From Phaeosaccion multiseriatum (lineage: Eukaryota; Protista; Ochrophyta, other classes): a stretch of 64,000 bases of DNA. Below, piece after piece: positions 43,691 to 55,264 of the stretch. The stretch covers positions 2,480,001-2,544,000 of the forward strand of contig OZ218962.1 in the NCBI GenBank assembly GCA_965112735.1. The letters are read 5' to 3'. The translations under genes were made by a program, and so were the position numbers. The notes under the pieces were generated by a model. It made no database searches and was not told where the DNA came from. It saw only the letters and a program-made list of their open reading frames with translations. Position 1 is the stretch's first letter. Each line of letters begins with the position of its first letter.

Positions 43691-44563
43691 ATGAGCAAAG
43701 TGCATCAAATGGAGGAGGGTAAGGGGTTGGGGTTTGGGGTGTAGCAAGGGAAGCATTCCCCTCCGGTGAAGGCGCAGGCAGGGCGAGGAGAGGTAGAGAA
43801 TGAATAGACTTGACGAAGCAAGTAGTAAGTAAGTAGGGCAGGTCGATTCAATTCAAGCGTCGTCTGTGTAAGAATGAAATAGTGTAATGTAGAAGATGTA
43901 AATCAAGGTGAGGGTGTGAAGAGAGAGGGGTGAGAGAGGAATTATACCCGTACTACTCTATGTTACGAAAGGGGTGGGGCACGGAATGAGCCAAGCACAA
44001 ACAAGAAAGTGAGGGATATCAAAAATTAACTTGAAAATGAATGTACGCGTTGAAGAGAAATATATGGAGGAAGGAGGTCCCTCCCCCCCTTTTTTTTCTG
44101 TTCTTTTTTCTTTTAATTTTACTACTACTAAACTAAGGTCGTTAAACTACACGTGTACAAGGTGGACTCCATCATCACACCCTTCCTGCTTGTAATGAAC
44201 ACTCTCGAGAACCTAGTTCTCCTCCCCCTTCCCTTCCCCACCCACCTACCTATTTTACCGCTACTATTTCCACGAGAACTCACTATTACACATTTTTACC
44301 CTTTCTCCTGCTACCACCCTTACCCCCGTCGCTTGCACAGTTACATGCAATCAGACGGACGGCACGCGTACTTTCACCTTTACATCGTGCAGCGTGTGCA
44401 TGCGTGTGCATGCGTGTGTGCATGCGTGTGTGCGCGCGTGTGTGCGCGCGTGCGTGGGTGGGACCCTCCCTCTTCTCACGTACGCCACCCTCCTCCGCGT
44501 GTTGGTGCTCCCTCCACGCTTCCCCTGCTGTGCAGTGAGGGGGGTATCCCCTCCACCTCGGAC

Positions 44564-45382
44564 CTAGACGAGGTTGGAAGGCACTGGAGGGCAATACCCT
44601 CCTCGCTGCTGCTGCTGCTGCTGCTGCTGCCGCTGGAGCCATTGATGAGCATCCGAAGAAGAGGAGGACGGAAGAGGAGCAGACGGGCCCACCGGTACGC
44701 CTGCAACAGCCCTGATCACATCACCTCGCTCGTTTGCGTCCGTGCCAGTGAAAGCCGTGTAGGCGAAGTCCGGGCTCGAACCTGGCACCACCAACGTGGT
44801 CTCCACGCGAGTGGATGTGAAGTAGCTCGGAAGGTTGGACAGACGGGGCACCCACTCCGGCAGGAGAGGTTTGCCGGACTCGGAGCCGAAGCCAGAGGAG
44901 CCAGAGGAGCCCGAGGAGCCCGAACCGGACGAGCTGCAGCCGGAGGAGCGGGAGCTGGAGGAGTAGAACAGCCTGCTGCCAAGACGCACAACCTTGACGA
45001 GGAGGAGGAGGAGCACCGCCGCTTGCAGCATGAAAGCGACGCCCACCAACACGCGCAGGCCCTGTGCCAAGGGGTCATGCGAGGCGTTGCCGTAGTGCGC
45101 GTGTTGGTCACCACCTGCCACGCCGTCTTGATCACTGAACATGCCGAAGCTGCTGCTGAAGCTGCTGCTTATGATGCTGCTGCGAGGGCCGAACGCCCTT
45201 CGACCACGCATGCGACTCCATCTAGACCCCCCGCTCCCAGGCACTCCACCCAAGCTCTCGTCTCTGAAGGTGGTGGCCCTAGTTGTGCTACTACTGCTCA
45301 CCGCCTCATCGGCACCAGATAAAAGCATGTCTCCCCAGCGGAAGTGAGCCTCCCGTCTGTCGAGGTTCCTCATGGTGCCTAT

Positions 45383-45421
<39 letters not shown>

Positions 45422-47701
45422 GCCAAGGTCACTCGGCATGTCATCCGATGAAATGGAGCCAGAGCTTGCACCATACCTATCGCTATAGCTATCGCTCTCG
45501 CTGCTCAGGCTGCCACCAGACGTTGAGGTCAAGGTGACGTCGTCCGTCGAGAGAGAAGAGGGAGCCAGTCTGTTCCACAACACAGAGCCGACTGAGGCCT
45601 CGCACCGCTTGGAGAGCAGGTTCATGGACAGCATCTTCATCATACACTTGTCAGTGCTCATCGCACCGAAGCCTAAGTGCATACACATGATTGCATGGAG
45701 CATGGCCAGAGGAGGGGGGGGGGGGAGAAGGAGAGGGGGGAGGAGGACGAGGAGGAGGAGAAGAAGGAGAAGAAGGAGGGGGCGGAGGAGGAGGAGGAGG
45801 AGGAGGAGGAGGAGGAGGAGGAGGAGGAGGAGGAGGAGGAGGAGGAGGAGAAGAAGAAGAAGGAGAAGAAGGAGGGGGCGGAGGATGAGGACAGGCACAC
45901 ACGATAAGGCAGAAATGAGAGGAGAGGTCACAGAGGCACGCATGCTTGGCCTAAGAGGTTTGGAGAGAGGCTTAGACAGAGACATATGCGCAGACAGGCA
46001 GGCGTGCTCGGGTTCCCGGTTGGAGGTCATGCCGGAACCACACAACACCCCTCCCCCTTCGCTTCACGTACCGATCATGACGGGGCCCGCCCAAACGTCC
46101 TCCAGCTCCTGACTTGTGAACACCCTGGCGCTGCTGCTGCTGCTGCTGCCGCTGGCGCTGTGGCTGATGTCACTGCTGCTGCTGCTGCTGCTGCCGCCAA
46201 CGTCACTCCTGTACGAGCTGGGAAGGGCAGCTTCGATGAGAAGCCAAGCCCTGGAGGCCAGCCTCCTTCCCATCGAACGTACGTGCTGCTGCTGCTGCTC
46301 CTCCTCCCTCCATTCTGCTCTTCCCCCACCTCGCTGTACCGAAAGAAAAGAATCAGCAACGCCAGCAGCGGCGCGAGCAAATGCCTCTACAGGGCCTCTG
46401 GCCCACAAGTCTTGTTGACCGTCCCCATCCTTTCCTTCTTCAGTGGTAGGCAGACCAGAGGACGTCTCTGAGGAGGAGGAGCCATAGAACGCGTCGTCGT
46501 CATCATCGTCGTCGTCCCAATAAGCACCCGCTACGTCGGGGTGCCTTTGCTGTCCCCCCTGCGACTTGATCTGCTGGAAGAAGTCGATGAAGGCTCGTAC
46601 CACATCCGCAGAGTGCAGATCGAGGGCCATGTGAGAAGTGAAGGTGCTGCCCTCACCCCCCCCCCCCCCAGTCTCCTCCTCCTCCTCCTCCTGCTCCTCC
46701 TCCTCCTCCTCCTCCTCCCCTTCGAGCCGCTGCTGCTGCTGCTGCTCCTGCAACTTCACCTGCTGGAAGAAGTCGATGAAGCCTCGGACGACATCGACGG
46801 AGTCCAGACCCATCATGGCCATGTCGGAAGTGAAGGTACTATCCGTACTTTCCCCCCCCCCCTCCTTCTCCTCTTCTCCCAACACTTGCTCCAGCCAAGC
46901 GACGAGGCCTTCAGCCCCCCCTGGTGCGTCTCGCCCACCGGAGGGGCACAAGACGGCAAGGTCCACTCGGCACGATCCCATCAATGTGCTGCGAGCACGC
47001 AAGTGGACGAGAGGGAAGGAGTGAGCGGGAGGGAGAGGGAGGGAACATAGCGATCGATGGGTCGACTCGAGTCATTTAATAGAGTCACGATGCAGAGTAG
47101 TCAAGACGGAAGGAGAGAGAGATCATACGCGAGACATCACAAATGTACTCCCGAGAGCACGAGGGAATACGCTTCATGCGCTTGCAGCACAGCACGGCAC
47201 GTCACCCCAGCCCAAGCCAGCCTCCGCCGACGCCGTAGGGGTGGGCGGTGCCGTATGTACTCACTCGTAGGTGTTGCCCAGCGTGTCTGCGTAGGAGCGA
47301 TAGTCTCCTTCAGATGATTCCAAAAAGTGGGTCGGCGCGGAGAGGGACGTTGAGTCTGGGAATGCCACCCCGGCGTGCGTCGGACTCCCTCGTTGGTGGA
47401 GGTGGTGGTGGTGACGATGAACCACGACGTCAGCGAAATTGCCCTGCGCCTCCTCCCCCCCGTAGTCCTCCTCCTCATCGGTTATCCATGCCTGCTCATC
47501 ATCCCCCACCCCCTCCTCACTCCCCCTCTCCGGCGGCGGCTGCTGCTGCTGTTGATGCTGTTGTCTCTCCCATTCAATCCTGTTGGTCTGCTTGAGCATA
47601 CCGCTCTGGGCCTCAGCCCACCCGGCATCGTGGACACGGCCTGCTCCTACTCTTGATCTCGACGCGCTCCCCCCCACCTTCCTCTCCTCTGTCCCTGTCA
47701 T
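44564..47701 (-). CDS. Single-pass membrane protein with a split Cys-rich motif (paralog A); start uncertain
   Basis: Exons ~47701-47266, ~47010-46074 and ~45680-44564. Contains CRVDLAVLC...HLGFGAMSTDKCMMKM..LLSKRC and the TM segment LVGVAFMLQAAVLLLLLVKVV. Confidence 0.65.
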
Positions 47702-48559
47702 GGTGCTGGCCCTTCGGTTGGGTGGCTCCCTGACTGAAAGGCACCTGTGAAGGTAGGTACGCGGAGAAAGGGCAGTGGAGAGGGAAAGGAGGAAAGAGGT
47801 GGAATAGGGGGGGGTCAGAGTGACACAAAGGGGGGAGACGTGGGTTGAAAAGAAGGTACGGAGGGTGTACGGGACAATACGTTGCCAAGGCCGCGAGGCA
47901 GCAAGCCGCAGCTGGGCTTGGGGAGAGTGAGACAAGATTACTTTGTGCAGGATGATGGTGTAGGATGGAGGTACAGTGGAGCGAGGTGCTTCGTTAAGTG
48001 GGGGGGGGGGCTTCTCAAGGCCGTCAAGGCCGACGGCCGGCAACGTGATAAGTTCCGTCGCAGTAACACACCACTGAAAGGATTAGCAACAGGTGCAACC
48101 CAGAGCAGTAGCCAGAGTAGCAGCGGGGGGAATGTCACGCAAGAGAAGAAAGAGCATGCCAGAGCGCTGTGAACGGAAGGAGCACAGGCGAGGAAGGTAA
48201 GGGAGGGGACGGAGAAAAAGGCGCACGAGGAGGCCGGAAGGAAAGATCCATCCCTGCTTTTTTAATTCACACGGCAAAAAATAGGCAAGAACTCACCAAG
48301 AAAGGGGTGGGGAGTGGTAGCCGTGTGGCAGGGCTCGACTTCACACCTCCGCTATGATGCTTTTCTGCTGTCTCTCTCTACAAACCCTTCCTTTGAAGCG
48401 AGCTCGGCCAAAATTGCAAATTTTCACGAAGACCCCCTGGGGGCCACACTTGGTAATTCGCCATTGATTCACAAATGGCGCCCGCGTACAGGGGGAGGAG
48501 GGAGGAGGAGGAAGAGGAAGAGAAATTACGGGAAAGTGTTTTTGACTACCACAACACGA

Positions 48560-48796
48560 TCGACCCCTGACACACTATCCGCTATCCGCTATCGCCGGCG
48601 CCAGCCGGCGCGCTATCCGCTATCGGCCGGCGCCAGCCGGCACGCTATCCGCTATCGGCCGGCGCCAGCCGGCGCGCTATCCGCTATCGGCCGGCGCCAG
48701 CCGGCACGCTATCCGCTATCGATAGCGCGCTATCGGCCCCCGGGGGGGCCGATAGCGCGCTATCGAGAATGTGGGCGATAGTGTGTCAGGGGTCGA
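48560..48796. mobile_element. MITE (237 bp) with perfect 20-bp TIRs and a 6-bp TSD
   Basis: TIR TCGACCCCTGACACACTATC at both ends. TSD ACACGA at 48554-48559 and 48797-48802. The interior holds a 32-bp tandem repeat (~4.4 copies) and a nested palindrome at 48719-48766. Confidence 0.92.
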
Positions 48797-48879
48797 ACAC
48801 GACAACCGCCCTCCCTCTCAGTATATAATCCCTACTTCTCCCCTTTTCTCTGTACGATAGCATAGCCCTGTGGGCTATT

Positions 48880-48949
48880 GGCCGCCGGCTGGCGCCGGCG
48901 GTAGCAAGTAGCACGTCGGCTTGGCAGCAGGTAGCACGTCAAGGGTCGA
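48880..48949. mobile_element. Orphan end of a related MITE
   Basis: GCCGGCTGGCGCCGGCGGTAGCAAGTAGCACGTCGGC...GCACGTCAAGGGTCGA shares its motif and terminus with the 31.3-kb and 56.6-kb copies. No partner TIR was found. Confidence 0.7.
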
Positions 48950-49789
48950 CTCTTTTGTTTCTCTTCCCTATTTTATTTTATTTTTCGACCTAGATCTACC
49001 TAAGATTACGTAAGAGGCGGCTCTGTTACCGCCTCACTCCCCACCGCGCAGGACTTGTGCATCGCACACTGTAGGGTTATAGTCTCCCCCTCCTGCATAC
49101 ACACTAACATACACTAAAATACATTCCAAGAGCCCCTGCCTTGCCTATTTGCACTCACGCACTCACCCCTCTCGGAAGTGGGAAGGGGCGTGCTTCTCTC
49201 TTCTCCTGGTCCATACTTACAAACACATTGCACCTTCTGCGGGTACTGTAGCAAGTCCCCTCGCTGAAATCACACTCCCAACGCACAAAAAAGAGGGCGG
49301 GGAGAAACAATCACAAATGGCGGCCCTTCTCAGTGTGGCAGAGGTGGTTCATCAACCGGTCCACCGACCGCTCTAGGTCCATGCTCTGGCCTGCAGCCCA
49401 ACCGCCCGCCTTGCTCTCTCGCGAGCTTACCCCCCCCCCGCCCTCCCTGGTGCCGGATCCAGTCATCACTACTCTTGACCCTCGCAAGGCCTTCCCCCTC
49501 CCCCTGACTGTCTGAGGCCCCGTCCTTGCCTCCTCTAGTCTCACCGCTCGGAAACAGCGTCATACCCTCTCCTCACTCCCTCGTTGGTCCTTCCCTCCCT
49601 CCTCCACCACCGAAACACTGAAGAGGAACATGAACATGAGCCTTCGATCCTCCCCCTCCCTCTTTCGATACACCCACCCACCCACCCACCAACACACCCA
49701 TCCACCCACCGATACACCCACCCACCTCCCACGTTATACACCACATGATACACCTACCCACCCACCCACCCACCCACCCACCTACCACG

Positions 49790-52700
49790 TTACACCACAT
49801 GGGCACGAGTCGGCGGCTGGTACGTCCCTCGCTGGTGCGCAGAGGGCGAGGCAGGGTCCAGTGATACCCCCGTCACGGCAGTGGCAGCAGCAGCAGGATC
49901 CGTGCCAGTGAGGGCCACACGCAGGGAAGAGGAGTCAGAGTCATCATCCGCCGGCAGAAGCAAAATGTTCCGCACCCGGGTTGAGCCCAAGTACCCCCCG
50001 GGGAGAAACCTCCTCCAAGCAGTGGTCGTCGTGGTCGTGGTGCAGGTGGAGGTGGTGGAGGTAGTGGTCGGGCTCGCGCTAGTCGTCCCAAGAACAACAG
50101 GAGTGGGGGGAGACGGAGACGGAGACGAAGATGGTGGGCGAGCGCGAGCAGCTGCAGTCCTCCTCCCCCACGTCCTCCAAGGGGCGCTCTTGAACGCCTT
50201 GAGGGCAAGCACGACCACAAAGAGCAAGGCCACAAGCAGCTGCAGGGAGAGAGCCACCCCCACCAGGCAAGAGTTGCCCACCTCTGTGCGGCGGCAGCCG
50301 AAAGAGAAAGCGGTGGGGTTCATGTGACCGTCCCCACTTCGCCCTCCGCCCCTTCCCACTCCATGTGCCAGGTGATGGTCTGCCCCAGGCTGGTGGTGGT
50401 GCTGCGGGGGAGCTCGGAAGAGATTGAGGAAACCGTCGACAATGGTGCGACTACCGCGGCTGCTGGGGTTGTTGATTTCCGCGCTGGCGTAGTCGGGGAA
50501 CTCCTCAAACAGCTCAATGGTGTCTAACACATTGTTGGCACAGGCCGGGGACAGGGATCCGATGCGCTTAACCATGCATACATCGGCGGCAGAACTTCCG
50601 AAACCTGGATACAACACAAGATAGGGTTACGTAGGTAGTACGCAGAGACGACAAAGAAGGACAACACGTGAGAGGGGTGAATCACCTTGCAAGAGGAGAT
50701 ACTCAGGTAGCAAGGAAAGGTTAGTGGGGTAGGGAGGTGGCGTAAACATATAGACAGAGGGCGATGGGTGACAGGGGGGCAGGGGGAGAGTTGAGAGGAA
50801 ACACAAAAAGAAAACACATGCGAGAATGGGGAAGCCATCTTATACAATGAAAACGCGCATTCACCCGCTCACTCGCTCTCTCGTGCGTATGCGTGTGTAC
50901 TCACCCAGCTTCATCGGTGGAGCTCTCTTGCCGCCCTGCAGGAAGGTCTCGAACTCTCCCTGGCGTAGCAGTCGGTCCACCAGCCTCTCCGTCTGCCCGC
51001 GGTTGGTCGCCAACTCTATGAATGCATCGACCTGCTTCCTCTTGGCCTTGATCTCGTCCAATTTTTCTCTGTTGGACATGACCATCCGTTCCAAGAACAA
51101 CTCTTTCGTCCACCCGCTCATGGCCTTGTAAGGAAGCTCCTCGTTCAGGTGCTCTCGAATGAGGTCATTCACCTGCACCATGCCCGGCGCCGCGGGTCTG
51201 ATGTTGGCATTATCCAGCCACACTTCGTAAAACTCCTCTCTCTTGCGCCCGTCCATCCACATGTCGAACAATTCCTCATTGTGGGGATCCTCCTTCCACA
51301 TCCTGTCCAGCTCATCTCGCATGCTCCTCCAATTCTCCTCCACATCCTCTCTCCTGACCCCCTCCACCCCGATGGCGTCCAGCTGCGCTCTCTCTTCCAT
51401 CCACATTACATCGTTCAGTATGTCCCTCCGCTCCATCCACATCTCGTCGTTAGCAGCGCCCATCATCATCATCTCCTCCTCGCTTTGGGGCGTGTCAGTC
51501 GAGTTGGCGTCAACATCCGGGCGTGCGAGAAGCATAGCCAAGAGCCTACCGCCTCGAAGCTCCAAATTGAGGTCCTGTCCGTCTGCGCGAGCCCCGCAGT
51601 ACGACGCAGCGTCCGACAGACAGATCTTCTGATGCTGAAGAGAGGAGGCCCTCTTCACAGCACCATCGCCTTCGTCTCTGCTTCCAGGGAGCAAGTAGTG
51701 GTTGTCCATCCAAAAGTAGGGATCCACCTCGAAGCGGGGAGCCGCTCCGCTCTGTTCGAGACGGTCAATCTGCAGGCGATATAGGAACCTTTGCTCGTCC
51801 GTAAGTCGGGGCTCGGGTTCAGCTCCGGCTTCCTCCGGACCTTCCGCGATGGAAGAAGAACTAGGGCCTCGAGAGACACCATGGGGCTTTCGGTTTCGCC
51901 CGCGGCCACCACCACCGCCGCGTCGCCCTCCACCCCCGCCCCCTCTCCCCCGTCGTCCTCGGCGCTTGTTACTCCCCTTGCGCTTGTTGTTCTTGTTCTT
52001 GGTGCCAAGACCAGGATGCGAAAGGCGCTCCAGCAGGCCGGAGAGGGGGGTAATCCAGAGATGATCCAAATGAGCAAGCTGCCGGTTCAAAGAAACTCTC
52101 TCGTCCCTCATTGTTTGCACACTCGGCGGCGACCCAGGAGGGGCAGGGGCCTCATCATCATGGCTGATCGATGTTGACATGATGGGGTCCTGAACAACCA
52201 TCCTCTGGGGCGGATGAGAAGAAGAAGAAGAAGAAGAAGAAGAAGAAGAAGAAGAAGAAGAAGAAGAAGAAGAAGAAGAAGGAAGAAGAAGAAGAAGAAG
52301 AAGAAGAAGAAGAAGACGAAGTACAGAAACGACAACAGAGTTGTGAGGCACTGCTACGAAACAATACCCTAAACATAGCGGAGTTAAAAAATGGTAAAAG
52401 ACAAGAGGCATTGAAAAAAAAATACGTTCGTGAGGGGCACAAGCTACTCAAGGGTGAACTGAACTCTCGACTCACGTACCTCATCCCCAATGAGATCTGA
52501 CGCATACTGAACCAGCCCCCTCACCGACCGCCTGTCTCGGTCACGGTAGGACGCTTCTCCACCGTCCCCGAAGAAGCGGACGGAGGGAAAGGAATGGATT
52601 TTGAAGCTGCATCGCGTTTCCATGCGTTGTAAAGGTGGAACGCGGGGAGAGGGAGAGAGAGAGAGAGAGAGAGACAGGGAGGGGGGGTTGAGAAAAGAAG

Positions 52701-55144
52701 TGAAAACGTGAAGAGTGGGGGGGGGGGGGTTACAAGTGCAGTAAAATATGAGCTGCATAGAAAAGAAAATAAAGGAGGAGGAGGAGGAGGAGGAGGAGGA
52801 GGAGGAGGGTTCAGTCAGCGTTTCAATCTTGTTCGAATCACTCGCTCATGCACAGCTCTGCTCCCTCCCTCCTGTCCCCGACAGCCCCTGCCTGGCACAG
52901 ACGCCGCTTACCGATCGCAAAGGAGCTTGTCCTCCTGACAGTTCACCTCGCCGACAGGTAAATTCAAATTCCAATTCCCACTCGCCTGCGAGGAGAGAGA
53001 AAGAGAAAAGAAAGAGAGGGGGGCGGAAGCGTGAAAGGGGGACGGAAGGAAACAACAATGACGGAGCGGAAATCGGGAAAAATACACCCAACCACGCTAG
53101 AAAATTTTGTGCTGTACACAGAGAATTACGTGATGAACACGTACCCTTGCGAAGGCTTTCCAATGAGGATCGAAGGATGCACTAAATGGGCTGTAGGGAT
53201 GGAAAAAGTTGACTGCGCTGAATTCGCTGTTGCGAATAAATCGCTGGAATTGGTCCCCATGCAGGAGATGGACATGCTCGCTACCAGAGGTCTCCTGGGA
53301 AGGGGGTAGGAGGGGGCGAGCACGGTACATAGGGGGGAGGGAGGCAGAATGTTTGCAACCAAGTGAGAGCACGCAAAGCGAATGACTAATCTGCCGCTCG
53401 GTCGTTTCGCAAGCCTCTGACTGGAGGAAAGTGATCACATTCATCATCCATGTCTTGGAGCATTTTTGAGGCACAAAATGTGTACATATATAGCGCAAAC
53501 TCGGCATTGTGGCGACGAGACGGAAAGAGATTGCCCCTCCCCTCCCGTATAAATGCGTCCACCATGTCGCTTCCACTCCACCACTCACCCCCTGGGGGCA
53601 TGGGAGGGGGGGGCTAGAAGGCAATAGACGGCCCACTCACCTCAGGCACGGTAACACGGAACTGCATGTCAGCCTGGAAATCCTTCGTGAAGGCGAGGAG
53701 ATTGGCCACCGTGGGCGTTCCATCGAAAGCCATCGGTTCAACAGTGCCGTTCATCGAAAAGAAGGTGATCCGGGGACCGGCATAGCGATGCAGTTCAGTG
53801 ATATGCGACCTGTGGTGCGGGCCAGCGGGAGGTGAATCGAACGCAACGAATGGATTGGAAAAGGAAATACGGTGAGTGCATAAACCAGTTGCTGTTGTTT
53901 ACTGTAAGAAGAAGAAAAAACGCAAAGGGCTATCACATCACACCATCGGTCGTACATGGGGGTCCCGACAGGCCCGTAGCATCATGCATTTGCGTGAGGA
54001 GGTCAAATTCTGTAGTCACCTCCTGCTCCACAATGATATGTGTATGGCTGAACCAACCGCCCGGGCTCTGACCACCCCCGCAAAGCCCTCCTTACGCACC
54101 GTAGGCACACTTTACTCCTGACCCTGCAGTCCACAGCCGCGACTGTCACTGGAGTCCCGACACTTGCCTGCGAGAAGTCAAGGGGGTGGGTTTATATATA
54201 TATATATATATATATTTATATACATATGTATTGTTTTGTTACAACAAGGTCAGGGGGTTGGGTACTATGAGGAGTAAAGATAAATCTGGTGATAAAGAGT
54301 CAGAGACTGCGACGACAGAGAGAGGAAGCTTACTTACCCTTGCAAACTCAGCCCAGATGGGTTGAAAACTCTCGCTCTCCTTGTTGTCGTAAAGTACCGC
54401 TACAACGTCATTTGTTGAGGTGGTAACATGGTTGTCGAAAGAAAAGTCCTCGAGAGAGTTCACTTGGGTACCCACCCAATGCTTCTCTTGAGCCAGTCGC
54501 ATCTGCCCAAAGGGAGGGAGGGAGAGATGGGAGGGGTTAGAGGTTTGGGGGGGGAGAAAGAGCTTAAAGAGAGTGAGCCAGAGACAGGCAAGGAGGTGTG
54601 CTTGCGGCTAATCCTACACCCACTGAGGCAACATGAAAACGTTGAACAAACGTTCTGCTCAGCACATTTACAACCTTGATATGATCCAGCTCCCCCCCGG
54701 CCCTCCGACCAAATCGGTTGAGTCTGGTTTAGTACGCTGTGATAGGAAGAAGAAGTGTAAAGGGGGGACGGAGCGTAGGAGGGACGGGCGTGAAGTAGCA
54801 TCAACGTCGGAGAGGAAGGAGGGACGGAGAAAAGAAGAAGGAAGGAGGGTGAGAGGGAGGAAGAAAATAAGGAGTAGTCAGAGAGGGAGAGAGAGAATGT
54901 TGGAGTAAGCAGGGATGCTGCTACAGGTTGTAGGGAGGAAGGGGTGAAGGGAAGAGGCTCTTGAAGGACGGGAGGTGACGTCGTTGAGGCGAGGGAAAGA
55001 GTGGAGGACGCCCACGCAAGAGAGCTTAAGGAAAGCGGGAGGAGATGAAGAAGAGCATATCGTCCCGACACAGCCTTACCTTCTTATCAAAGCCTTGCCC
55101 CTGTCTGACGCTTTTAGGGGCCCGAATTGAGTAAGAGAGTTCAT
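49790..55144 (-). CDS. Membrane protein with two redox-inactive thioredoxin-like domains, a split Cys-rich motif and one TM helix (paralog B); start uncertain
   Basis: In-phase splicing gives LEDFSFDNHV...FQPIWAEFAR...VAAVDCRVRSKVC and LHGDQFQRFIRNSEFSAVNFFHPYSPFSASFDPHW...VGEVNCQEDKLLCDRFKIHSFPSVRFF, then ICLSDAASYC...KLGFGSSAADVCMVK..SLSPAC and the TM segment LVGVALSLQLLVALLFVVV. Confidence 0.7.
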
Positions 55145-55264
55145 ATTTGAGTTTCCGTTTCCCGTGTTTTGAAACTCACAGATGGTTTGGAGAACTAACC
55201 GATTTGCACGATATATAACAATACGATCTGCAAAGAGAGTGGAAAATTGCCGCGTAGGACAAGG

